Assembly: GCA_963828255.1 (NCBI GenBank)
Contig: CAWHDZ010000002.1
Span: 1-23,906 of the forward strand
Source of the DNA: an uncultured delta proteobacterium
GTDB lineage: Bacteria > Myxococcota > Myxococcia > Myxococcales > Anaeromyxobacteraceae
Direction of reading: 5' to 3'
DNA length: 23,906 bases
The notes under the pieces were generated by a model, which worked only from the letters and a program-made list of their open reading frames with translations, ran no database searches and had not been told where the DNA came from. This document shows, in pieces, positions 1-10,188 of the stretch (within the stretch, counting starts at the first letter, position 1; each line of letters starts with the position of its first letter). The translations under genes and the position numbers were made by a program.

Positions 1-14
1 GCGCCGGGGAGGAA

Positions 15-1655
15 GTGGCGACGCGGGAAGGGGCCGCGGGCGGTTCACTTTCGGTGATGCTGGAGGAGCTGGCGGCGCGGGCCTGGGAGATCGAGGTGCC
101 CTGGGACCGGCGCGGCGTGGGCGGGGGCGCGGCGGTCCGGGTCGATCGGCTGCTGGTGCGCGTGGCGCGGGGGCACGGCGCGGTCGACGTCGCTCTGGGT
201 GAATGCCTGGCGGCCGTGGGTGCGGGGGACCGGACGCTGCGGCTGGGGTTCGCGGGGCTGGCCGACTACGCGCGCGAGGTGCTGGGCATGGCCGGGCGCA
301 CGGCGCTGGGGCTGGCGCGGCTCTCGCGGGAGCTGGGGGAGAGGCCCCTCCTGCGCGCGGCGGTGCGGCGCGGGGAGGTGAGCGCGCGGCTGGCCCAGGA
401 GCTCTTGCCCGTGGCCAAGGGGGAGGCCGAGGCGGGTTGGGTGGCCCGCGCGGCGCAGTTGACGGTCCGTGAAGCGAGGGCGGCGGCGCGGGCGGCGGCG
501 GCCGGGCAGGGGCTCCCGGACGAAGACTGGGAGCGCATCGAGTTCCCCGCCGATGCGGCGTGCCGGGCCAGGGTGGACGAGGCGTTCGCGCTGGCGGGGG
601 AACTGCTCGGGGCGACGTCCCCGCGCTGGCAGCGGCTCGAGGCCATCTGCCAGGAGTACCTGGGGGCGAACCCCGCGCCGGAGGGGGAGGCAGGCGGGGG
701 CGGCGTGGGCGGCGGCGGCGGCGTGGGCGGCGGCGGCGGCGATGGGACGGGGCTCGAGGAGCTGGAGGCGGCCCTGGAGGCCGAGACGGGGCGGTGGGAG
801 CGGCTCCTCTGGCCGGAGCCGGTGGCGGCGCCGGACGTGGGGGAGGAACGGGACGTCGCGGCCATCGACGCGCGGGTCCGTGAACTGGCCGCCATGCGCG
901 ACCGGTGGGACGACCTGGTCGGGCACCTGGGACTCGTGGTGCAGGTCTTCGGGCTGTGGAGGCACCTGGGCTTCGCGTCCTTCGCCCACTACTGCGCGGA
1001 GAGGCTGGGAATGGCCGAGCGCACCGTCGCGCAGAGGGTCTGGCTGGAGCGGCGGCTGCACGACCTGCCGGGGCTGCGGGAGGCCATGCGGCAGGGCAGG
1101 GTCAGCTACGAGAAGGCGCGGCTGGTGGCGGGGGTGGCGGTGCCGCGCGACGTCGAGGGGTGGGTCGCCGTGGCCGAGAAGTGCACCTGCATCGAGTTGC
1201 GGAGGAGGGTCGAGGCCGGGGAGCAGGCGCAGATGTGTGCGCGGGAGAGGGTCTCGGTGGTCGCGCCGCGGCGGGTGGCGGGGCTCTTCGAGGAGGCGAG
1301 CCTCGCGGTCATGAGCCGGGAGGGGAGGTGGATGGCGCCGGCGCAGTGCCTCACGCAGATGTGTGCGCACTTCGTCACGACCTGGGAGGGGATCCTGGAC
1401 CGGCGCATGACGCCGCAGCGGCGGGCCATCGAGCGGGACCAGGGGTTCTGCCAGGTGCCGGGGTGCAGCCGGGCGGCGGTGCACGCGCACCACGTGGTGT
1501 GGAGGTCGCGGGGAGGGGGCGACGAGCCGGAGAACCTGGTCAGCCTCTGCGCCGGGCACCACCTGTACGGCATTCACCGCGGGTACATCCGGGTGTCGGG
1601 GCGGGCGCCCGACGGGCTGGTCTGGGAGGTCGGGGAGGAGGCTCGCGCGAGCTAG
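15..1655 (+). CDS. HNH endonuclease with two tandem DUF222-like helical domains (start uncertain: GTG 15 or ATG 57)
   Basis: C-terminal RDQGFCQVPGC...HAHHVVWRSRGGGDEPENLVSLCAGHH is a Zn-finger/HNH signature. Two related upstream segments: LGFAGLADYAREVLGMAGRTA... and LGFASFAHYCAERLGMAERTV... Confidence 0.8.
   Translation: MATREGAAGGSLSVMLEELAARAWEIEVPWDRRGVGGGAAVRVDRLLVRVARGHGAVDVALGECLAAVGAGDRTLRLGFAGLADYAREVLGMAGRTALGLARLSRELGERPLLRAAVRRGEVSARLAQELLPVAKGEAEAGWVARAAQLTVREARAAARAAAAGQGLPDEDWERIEFPADAACRARVDEAFALAGELLGATSPRWQRLEAICQEYLGANPAPEGEAGGGGVGGGGGVGGGGGDGTGLEELEAALEAETGRWERLLWPEPVAAPDVGEERDVAAIDARVRELAAMRDRWDDLVGHLGLVVQVFGLWRHLGFASFAHYCAERLGMAERTVAQRVWLERRLHDLPGLREAMRQGRVSYEKARLVAGVAVPRDVEGWVAVAEKCTCIELRRRVEAGEQAQMCARERVSVVAPRRVAGLFEEASLAVMSREGRWMAPAQCLTQMCAHFVTTWEGILDRRMTPQRRAIERDQGFCQVPGCSRAAVHAHHVVWRSRGGGDEPENLVSLCAGHHLYGIHRGYIRVSGRAPDGLVWEVGEEARAS
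693..740 (+). repeat. GGC-rich microsatellite containing GTG(GGC)5 x2; encodes a poly-Gly linker
   Basis: GGCGGGGGCGGC-GTGGGCGGCGGCGGCGGC-GTGGGCGGCGGCGGCGGC, read directly. Confidence 0.85.
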
Positions 1656-2635
1656 CCGGCGACCACCTTCTGCTCGATGCGGCCGAAGAGGCTGCGCCCC
1701 TGCGCGTCGAAGGTCTCCATGGCGATGCGATCGCCGGCGCGCAGGAAGGGTGTCCTCGGCTGGCCGCCGGGGACGGAGAGGATCTCGAGGACGCGCCGCT
1801 CGGCCAGGCAGGAGACGCCGTGCTTCGTGTCGGCGTTGGAGACGGTTCCGCTCCCGAGGATGGTGCCGGAGGTGAGGGCGCGGGTGTGGGTCACGTGCTC
1901 GATGAGCCGGGCGAAGGAGAAGTGCATCTCGGGGCCGGTCTCGAGGTCGCCGACGACGCGGCCGTTCAGCCAGATCTTGAGCTGGAGGTGGGCCCGGCCG
2001 TCGTGCCAGGCGGAGCCGAGCTCGTCGGGGGTGGCCACGAAGGGCGCGAAGGCGGTGGGGGGCTTCGACTGGAAGAAGCCGAAGCCCTTGGCGAGCTCGT
2101 CGGCGACCAGGTTGCGCAGGGTGAAGTCGTTCAGCATCGTGACCAGCCTGACGTGCGATATCGCGTCAGCCTCGCGGGTCCCCTGCGGGACGTCGCCCAG
2201 GATGACGGCCATCTCCCCCTCGAAGTCGAGCCCCATGAGCGGGTCGGCGAGCTGGACGTCGTCCGATGGACCGAGCAGGACGCCGCTGCCGCCCTGGTAG
2301 ACGAGCGGGTCGGTCTCCATCGAGGGCGGGAGCTCCGCACCGCGGGACCTCCGGACGAGACGGGCGTGGTTCAGGTAGGTGGACCCGTCGATCCACTCGT
2401 AGGCGCGGGCGAGGGGGGCCTGGAGACGCTGCGGGGAGACCGGATCGGTGGCGATGCGGCCGTTCTCCAGGTCGGCGTCGAACTCGCGGAGGCGGGGTTC
2501 CAGCTCGTCCCAGCGGTCGAGGGCGGCCTGGAGGTTCGGCGCGATGTGGGCGACGTCGGCCAGGCGGGTCCCGTCCAGCCGGACCATGCAGAGCCTGCCG
2601 TCCCGGGAGCCGTCGCGGAGGGATGCGAAGCGCAT
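1652..2635 (-). CDS. Fumarylacetoacetate hydrolase family protein (327 aa)
   Basis: Start MRFASLRDGSRDGRL; motifs LDFEGEMAVILGD, LNDFTLRNL, GFGFFQSKP, GTILGSGTVSN. The longer ORF-track version runs into antisense of the neighbouring genes. Confidence 0.9.
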   Translation of the reverse strand: MRFASLRDGSRDGRLCMVRLDGTRLADVAHIAPNLQAALDRWDELEPRLREFDADLENGRIATDPVSPQRLQAPLARAYEWIDGSTYLNHARLVRRSRGAELPPSMETDPLVYQGGSGVLLGPSDDVQLADPLMGLDFEGEMAVILGDVPQGTREADAISHVRLVTMLNDFTLRNLVADELAKGFGFFQSKPPTAFAPFVATPDELGSAWHDGRAHLQLKIWLNGRVVGDLETGPEMHFSFARLIEHVTHTRALTSGTILGSGTVSNADTKHGVSCLAERRVLEILSVPGGQPRTPFLRAGDRIAMETFDAQGRSLFGRIEQKVVAG

Positions 2636-2697
2636 GGACCGAAGAATGCCATGCGGGGACGGAATCGCCAGGAGGCGGGAGGAGCCTGCCGGGGTCC

Positions 2698-2725
2698 TTG
2701 CGGAAGGGCCCGGGAAGCGTAGTTT
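2698..2725 (+). promoter_or_regulatory. Putative sigma70-type promoter giving a leaderless transcript
   Basis: TTGCGG-N16-TAGTTT ends 7 nt before ATG 2733; no SD motif. Confidence 0.4.
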
Positions 2726-2732
2726 GTAAGTC

Positions 2733-2918
2733 ATGGGAGAAGGCGACGGACTGCCCCCGAAGGGGGATACGCTGCGACGGGCGCTGCAATGGCTCGCCGA
2801 GCGGCGGCAGGAGGACCCGAAGGCATCCCGAACGAAGCTCATCTCCGAGGCGGGACTGCGCTTCGACCTCTCGCCGGCCGAGGAGGAATTCCTCTTCGGC
2901 AACTGGAAGGAAAGCTGA
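2733..2918 (+). CDS. Small helical hypothetical protein (61 aa)
   Basis: Fills the gap between divergent genes; amphipathic helices (LRRALQWLAERR, LISEAGLRFDLSPAEEEFL); TGA overlaps the next ATG (TGATG). Confidence 0.75.
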   Translation: MGEGDGLPPKGDTLRRALQWLAERRQEDPKASRTKLISEAGLRFDLSPAEEEFLFGNWKES

Positions 2919-3367
2919 TGACCCTCGAATGGAAGAAGATCCTCTGCCCGGTGGACTTCTCCGATGCGTCCCGCAGCGCGCTCCAGGTGGCGTCGGAACT
3001 GGCGCGACGGTTCGACGGCGAGGTGACGGTCTTCCACGCCTATCCGCTCCCCGGGTACACGTTGCCCGAGGGCACGGTCCTGCCGGCATCCGGGATGCTG
3101 CAGGAGCTGGCCGAGCAGACCGACGCGCTCCTCGAGCGCTGGAAGGCGGAGGCCATCGCCGACGGTGCGCCGCGGGTGTCGAGCGACAAGGCGGTCGGCG
3201 AGCCGGCCGCGGAGATCGTCGCCGCCGCCGAGGACGGGAAGTTCGACGCCATCGTGGTGGGCACCCACGGCCGCACGGGCCTGGCCCATGTGCTGCTGGG
3301 ATCGGTCGCCGAGCGGGTGGTGCGCCGGGCTCCGATGCCGGTGATCACGGTGCGGCCGAGAAAATAG
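2918..3367 (+). CDS. Universal stress protein (UspA family, 149 aa)
   Basis: KKILCPVDFSDAS and IVVGTHGRTGLAHVLLGSVAERVVRRAPMPVITV. Confidence 0.95.
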   Translation: MTLEWKKILCPVDFSDASRSALQVASELARRFDGEVTVFHAYPLPGYTLPEGTVLPASGMLQELAEQTDALLERWKAEAIADGAPRVSSDKAVGEPAAEIVAAAEDGKFDAIVVGTHGRTGLAHVLLGSVAERVVRRAPMPVITVRPRK

Positions 3368-3383
3368 GGCGGAAGCGCCGCCC
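3360..3383 (-). terminator. Probable intrinsic terminator between convergent usp and rarD
   Basis: Minus strand reads GGGCGG-cgctt-CCGCCC followed by TATTTT. Confidence 0.5.
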
Positions 3384-3385
3384 CT

Positions 3386-4297
3386 TCAGTCCAGCGGTTC
3401 CACCGCCGGCACCGGCTCCCTCCGCCGCGCCTTCCCGATGGCGTCGGCCGTGTAGATGGCGAGCCCCGTCCAGATGAACGCGAAGGTCACGGCCTGGGTG
3501 CTCCCGAACGGCTCCCGGTAGGCGACCACCGCCAGCGTGAACTGCATCGTCGGCGCCACGTACTGGAGCAGGCCGATGGTCGAGAGGCGCAGCCGGTGGA
3601 CCCCGAGGCCGAACCAGACGAGCGGCAGCGCCGTCACCGCGCCGGCCGAGAGGAGCAGCAACGACATCCCCGTGGAGGTCCCGAAGTGGGCCTCGCCACG
3701 CCACCAGAGCCAGCCGAGCCAGCCCGCCGCCAGCGGCGCGAGCAGCGACGTCTCGACGAGCAGCCCCGCCACCGCGTCGATGCGGGCCTGCTTCCTGAGC
3801 AGCGTGTAGAGGGCGAAGGAGAGGGCCAGTGTCAGCGAGATCCAGGGCAGGCGGCCGTGGGCGACCACCATCCAGGCCACCCCCACCGCGGCGAGGGCGA
3901 CGGCGAAGGCCTGGCGACGGTCGAGCCCCTCCTTCAGGAACACCACCCCGAGCAGGATGGTCACGAGCGGGTTCATGAAGTAGCCCATGCTGGCTTCCAG
4001 CAGGTGGCCCGAGTTGACCGACCAGATGTAGAGGAGCCAGTTCACCGAGATGAGCAGCGTGGTCGCCACGTAGGTCAGGGCCCGGCGGCGGTCACGGAGC
4101 GACCGGGCCACCTCGGCGCCCCGGCCCATGGCGGCGGTCATGGCCCCCAGGAGGGCCACCGAGGCGACCACCCGCCAGGAGAGGATCTCGAGCGGACCGG
4201 TCGGCCGGAGGGCCTTGAAGTAAACGGGGGATAACCCCCAGGCCAGGTAGGCGGCGAGCGCGTAGGCCAGGCCCGCGGTGTGGGGAGAAGGGGAGAT
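3386..4297 (-). CDS. rarD: EamA-family transporter RarD (start uncertain: ATC 4297 proposed, GTG 4351 possible)
   Basis: AYLAWGLSPVYFK, LISVNWLLYIWSV, EASMGYFMNPLV, GLLQYVAPTMQF; about 10 hydrophobic segments. Confidence 0.9.
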   Translation of the reverse strand: MSPSPHTAGLAYALAAYLAWGLSPVYFKALRPTGPLEILSWRVVASVALLGAMTAAMGRGAEVARSLRDRRRALTYVATTLLISVNWLLYIWSVNSGHLLEASMGYFMNPLVTILLGVVFLKEGLDRRQAFAVALAAVGVAWMVVAHGRLPWISLTLALSFALYTLLRKQARIDAVAGLLVETSLLAPLAAGWLGWLWWRGEAHFGTSTGMSLLLLSAGAVTALPLVWFGLGVHRLRLSTIGLLQYVAPTMQFTLAVVAYREPFGSTQAVTFAFIWTGLAIYTADAIGKARRREPVPAVEPLD

Positions 4298-4377
4298 GGC
4301 GCCTCCGGGAGGCGGGATTCGTACCCCTTCCAGAATCCCTTCACAAGCCACCCCGATCCGGCGAGGATGTCGGTCCT

Positions 4378-5364
4378 ATGAGCGATCTCTCGACGCGGTA
4401 CATGGGACTCGACCTGCCGAGTCCTCTCGTGGTGGCCAGCTCCTCCATCTCCAACCGGCCCGAGAACTTCCAGGCCGCCGAGGCGAGCGGCGCCGGCGCC
4501 ATCGTCCTGCGGTCGCTCTTCGAGGAGCAGATCGAGGCCGCCGAGAGCGCGCTGGAGGAGGCGGTCAGCTTCCAGGCCGACGCGAATCCCGAGGCCCGCA
4601 GCTACCTGCCGCCCCAGCGCATCGGGCCGCGCGAGTACCTGCGCCTCCTCGACAGGGCCAGGAAGTCCGTGAAGATCCCGGTCATCGCGAGCCTGAACGC
4701 CGCCGCCGCGGGGAGCTGGAGCGAGTACGCGAAGCAGCTCGAGGACGCCGGCGCGAACGCCATCGAGGTGAACATCTACGCGGTGGGCGCCGACGCCAGC
4801 GTCACCGGCGAGCAGATCGAGAAGGAGTGCATCCAGATCGTCCGATCGGTGCGCAAGGCGGTGAAGATCCCCATCGCCCTCAAGCTCTCCCCGTTCTTCA
4901 CCTCCTTCGCCAACGTGGCGAAGAAGTTCGACGACGAGGGGGTGAACGCGCTGGTGCTCTTCAATCGATTCCTGCAGCCGGACATCGACCTCGATCGCAT
5001 GGCGCTGAACAGCTCCATGCAGCTCTCCCACCCCTGGGAGATGCTGCTCCCGCTGCGCTGGACCGCCATCCTCCACGGGCGCGTCAAGGCCGACCTGGCG
5101 GCGTCCACGGGCGTCCACGACACCACCGGCGTGGTGAAGATGCTGCTCGCCGGCGCGACGGTGGTGCAGCTCGCCGCGTCGCTGCTCCGCAACGGCGTTC
5201 CCCACCTGGCGACCCTGAAGGCCGGCCTCGCGGAGTGGATGGAGCGGGGGCACTACTCGGCGCTGGCCGACTTCCGGGGATCGCTGTCGCAGAAGGAGGC
5301 CCGCGACCCGCGCGCCTTCGAGCGCGCACAGTACGTGAACCTGATCCTGTCGCAGAACATGTAG
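4378..5364 (+). CDS. Dihydroorotate dehydrogenase-like FMN protein (328 aa)
   Basis: DLSTRYMGLDLPSPLVVASS, GAGAIVLRSLFEEQI, IPIALKLSPFFTS, LFNRFLQPDID, STGVH, FERAQY. Confidence 0.9.
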   Translation: MSDLSTRYMGLDLPSPLVVASSSISNRPENFQAAEASGAGAIVLRSLFEEQIEAAESALEEAVSFQADANPEARSYLPPQRIGPREYLRLLDRARKSVKIPVIASLNAAAAGSWSEYAKQLEDAGANAIEVNIYAVGADASVTGEQIEKECIQIVRSVRKAVKIPIALKLSPFFTSFANVAKKFDDEGVNALVLFNRFLQPDIDLDRMALNSSMQLSHPWEMLLPLRWTAILHGRVKADLAASTGVHDTTGVVKMLLAGATVVQLAASLLRNGVPHLATLKAGLAEWMERGHYSALADFRGSLSQKEARDPRAFERAQYVNLILSQNM

Positions 5365-5381
5365 ACGGGCGAGGCTTCCCG

Positions 5382-6485
5382 ATGAAGGCAGTCGCCGTCT
5401 TTCCCGAGGAGCGCGCGCTCCGCCTCGTAGACCACCGCGACCCCGCCATCCTCGCCCCCGGTGACGTGGTGGTGAAGGTCCTCGACGTGGGCTTCTGCGG
5501 CACCGACCGGGAGATCGCCGCCTTCCGCCTGGGTTCCCCGCCCGCGGACTCCCCCTACCTGATCCTCGGCCACGAGGCGCTCGGCGAGGTGCTGGAGGTG
5601 GGCTCCTCGGTGCGCCGCATCCGCCCCGGCGACCTCGTCGTCCCCACGGTGCGCCGCCCCTGCCGCCACGAGTCCTGCCGGGCCTGCCGCATGGGGCGCC
5701 CGGACTTCTGCCTTTCCGGCGAGTACTCCCAGCGCGGCATCAAGGATGCCCACGGATTCCTTGCCGAGCGCTTCTGCGACGACGCCCGCTGGCTGCAGCC
5801 GGTGCCGCGCGAGCTGCGGGACGTGGCGGTGCTGACGCAGCCCCTCTCCATCGCCGAGACCGCCATCGCCGAGCTCGAGCAGGTCCAGAAGCGGCTCCCC
5901 TGGTCGGCGCTCGGCGAGACCGGAGGGTCGGGAAAGCGCGCCCTCGTGCTCGGCGCCGGGCCGGTGGCGCTCCTCGGCGCGATGGCGCTCGTGGTGCGCG
6001 GCTACAAGGTCACCATCTACTCCCACGCCGGGCGCGGCGAGAAGGCCGAGTTCGCCGAGTCGATCGGGGCCCAGTTCGTCACCGCCGAAGAGGAGAAGCT
6101 CCAGACCCTGGCCGGCCACCTCGGGCGCATCGACGTCATGTTCGAGGCCACCGGCGCCACTCCCGACGCGCTCGCCGCCATGGAGCACCTGGGGCGGAAC
6201 GGGGTGTATCTCCTGACCGGGATCCCCGGACGGCGCGGCGCCTTCACCCTCGACGCCGGCTTCCTTCTCCACGGGATGGTGCAGCGGAACCAGGTCATCA
6301 TCGGACCGGTCCACCCCAGCGCCGAGGCCTTCCGGGCCGCCATCCAGGACCTCGGGCTCTTCTCGCGACGCTGGCCGGGGGCGCTGCCGCGCCTCATCGC
6401 CAGCCGGATCTCCATCGACGAGGCGCCGGAGGCCTTCCGGAAGCCGATGTCGGGCTTGAAGCGGGTCGTCGCGGTCGCCGACTAG
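5382..6485 (+). CDS. Zn-dependent medium-chain dehydrogenase, glucose 1-dehydrogenase-like (367 aa)
   Basis: GFCGTDREI and GHEALGEV catalytic Zn motifs; PC..C..C...PDFC structural Zn site; GAGPVA nucleotide-binding loop. Confidence 0.88.
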   Translation: MKAVAVFPEERALRLVDHRDPAILAPGDVVVKVLDVGFCGTDREIAAFRLGSPPADSPYLILGHEALGEVLEVGSSVRRIRPGDLVVPTVRRPCRHESCRACRMGRPDFCLSGEYSQRGIKDAHGFLAERFCDDARWLQPVPRELRDVAVLTQPLSIAETAIAELEQVQKRLPWSALGETGGSGKRALVLGAGPVALLGAMALVVRGYKVTIYSHAGRGEKAEFAESIGAQFVTAEEEKLQTLAGHLGRIDVMFEATGATPDALAAMEHLGRNGVYLLTGIPGRRGAFTLDAGFLLHGMVQRNQVIIGPVHPSAEAFRAAIQDLGLFSRRWPGALPRLIASRISIDEAPEAFRKPMSGLKRVVAVAD

Positions 6486-6494
6486 CGGCGGCAG

Positions 6495-7157
6495 CTACTT
6501 GGCGGCCGGCTCGACCGCCAGCAGCTCGACGTCGAAGATGATCGTCGACTTCGGCGGGACCGACGGAGGCTTGCCGGTGTCGCCGTAGGCGATGGCGGCG
6601 GGGCAGACGATGCGGGCCTTCCCGCCCACCTTCATCTTCTGCAGCCCTTCCTTCCAGCACGGGATGCCGTCGGCCAGGGGCGCCACCACCGCGCCACCCT
6701 GCTTGCGGGAGGAGTCGAACGTGGCGCCGTCGGGCAGCTTGCCGTCGTACTCCACCTTCACCCGGTCGGCGAGGGTGGGACTCGCGCCCGTCCCCTCCAC
6801 GGCCGGGATGTAGATGAGACCGGAAGGGGAGCGGACGGCCCCCTTCTCCTTGGCGAAGTGGACGAGCGCGGCGCGGCTCCGGTCGCCGTACGAGGCCGCG
6901 GCGAGCTCGTTCACCTTGGTGCGGTAGACCGACATGTCCACCTGGATCTTCCTGTTCAGCACGGAGTCCGACAGCCCGCGCTGCACCACCGCCAGCTCCT
7001 CCGGCTTCAGGTTGAAGACCTTGAAGCTGTCCGAGGCGGCGACGCCCAGGGCGTAGAGGGTCTTCTCCCGTTCGGTCTTGAGCTCGGGAGCCTTGGCCGG
7101 AGCCGTGGCCGCCGGCGTCGCGGAGAGAGCGAGGAGGAGCAGGGCGGTGGCGGTCAT
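6495..7157 (-). CDS. Secreted FKBP-type peptidyl-prolyl isomerase (FkpA/Mip-like, 220 aa)
   Basis: Signal peptide; one N-terminal domain (KTLYALG); FKBP domain YDGKLPDGATFDSS...IPCWKEGLQKMKVGGKARIVCP..IAYG...IFDVELL. Confidence 0.92.
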   Translation of the reverse strand: MTATALLLLALSATPAATAPAKAPELKTEREKTLYALGVAASDSFKVFNLKPEELAVVQRGLSDSVLNRKIQVDMSVYRTKVNELAAASYGDRSRAALVHFAKEKGAVRSPSGLIYIPAVEGTGASPTLADRVKVEYDGKLPDGATFDSSRKQGGAVVAPLADGIPCWKEGLQKMKVGGKARIVCPAAIAYGDTGKPPSVPPKSTIIFDVELLAVEPAAK

Positions 7158-7158
7158 G

Positions 7159-8100
7159 TCACTTTCCGGCGGGTGCGGGTGCGGGGGTACCGGGCGTCAC
7201 GCCCAGCAGCTCGACCTTGAAGACCAGGGTGGCGTTGGGCGGGATGGCGCCGGGGGCGCCGCGCTCGCCGTAGGCGATGGAGGGCGGGCAGACCAGCGTG
7301 GCCTCGCCGCCGATCTTCATCTTCTGGACGCCCTCGGTCCAGCAGGGGATGACCTGGTTCAGGCCGAACTCGATGGGCTGGCCGCGCTTGTACGAGCTGT
7401 CGAAGACGGTGCCGTCCATCAGCTTGCCCTCGTAGTTCACCTTCACCTTGTCGGTGGCGGCGGGCGAGGCGCCCGTGCCGGCCCGGACCGGGATGAAGAT
7501 GAGCCCCGAGGCCGACTTCACGGCGCCCGGCCTGGCGGCGTACTCGGCGGCGGCGGTGCCCTCCTTGGCCTTGCGGGCGTCGCCGGCGGCCGCGACCTTG
7601 GCCTTGGCGAAGTCCTGGACCTTGGGCTCGTAGGCGGCGATGTCGACGGCCGACTTCTTCCCGGCGAGCGTGTCGGCCATGCCCTTCTCCATCATGCCGA
7701 CCTGGGCAGGGGAGAGGGAGAGGTCGGTGAGGTTCTTCGAGGCCAGCACGCCGAGCGCGTAGAGCGTCTTCTGGTCGGGCTTGACCTTCGGGGCCGCGGC
7801 CTTGGCGTCCTTCTGCTCCGGCTGGCCGGGGTGGGCCGGCATGTAGGCCTTCAGGAACTCCTGGACCTTGGGGGTCTGCTTCTCCATGTCCACGGTGAGC
7901 TTCTTGCCGGTGAGGGAGTCGGTCATGCCGACCTGGACCTGCTTCACCTGGTCCGCGTTGAGCTTGAAGTCCTTGAAGTTGCGGGAGACCAGGGCGCCGA
8001 GCGCGTACATGGTCTTGTCGTCCTCGGTCTTCGGCTCCGGAACGGCCGCGAAGGCCGGGACCGAGAGGGCGAGCAGCGCTGCGGCGACGATGATTCTCAT
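7159..8100 (-). CDS. Secreted FKBP-type PPIase with a duplicated N-terminal dimerisation domain (313 aa)
   Basis: SD AAGGAG; signal peptide ...PAFA; KT(M/L)YALG domain present twice; YEGKLMDGTVFDSS...VIPCWTEGVQKMKIG...IAYGERG...IPPNATLVFKVELL. Confidence 0.92.
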   Translation of the reverse strand: MRIIVAAALLALSVPAFAAVPEPKTEDDKTMYALGALVSRNFKDFKLNADQVKQVQVGMTDSLTGKKLTVDMEKQTPKVQEFLKAYMPAHPGQPEQKDAKAAAPKVKPDQKTLYALGVLASKNLTDLSLSPAQVGMMEKGMADTLAGKKSAVDIAAYEPKVQDFAKAKVAAAGDARKAKEGTAAAEYAARPGAVKSASGLIFIPVRAGTGASPAATDKVKVNYEGKLMDGTVFDSSYKRGQPIEFGLNQVIPCWTEGVQKMKIGGEATLVCPPSIAYGERGAPGAIPPNATLVFKVELLGVTPGTPAPAPAGK

Positions 8101-8114
8101 GAGTTCTCCTTCAG

Positions 8115-8140
8115 GGTTTCGAGGTGTTTACCCCGAAACC
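8115..8140 (-). other. 11-bp stem-loop between acs and the FKBP genes
   Basis: Minus strand GGTTTCGGGGT-AAAC-ACCTCGAAACC with one G-U pair; lies just upstream of the FKBP SD; no U-tract. Confidence 0.55.
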
Positions 8141-8166
8141 GGGCGGACCGGAAGTGGGTGGTTCGA

Positions 8167-10062
<1,896 letters not shown>

Positions 10063-10188
10063 GGTTGGCAGTCCTTTCGGAGGCAACGTAACAAACGGGC
10101 CGGGGCTCGAACAAACGCCTTCCGGGGCGGGAGCTTGACGCAGTGCGGCGATCTCGACCCGGGTATGTCGGGAAGATATGCTCGGTTC

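Noticed and set aside
4329..4346. Rex-like operator (TTGTGAA on the minus strand)
   Set aside because: Only one half-site matches; the second half (TTCTGGA) breaks the palindrome
4378..5364. pyrD assignment
   Set aside because: The catalytic Cys/Ser loop of true dihydroorotate dehydrogenases is absent, so no symbol is given
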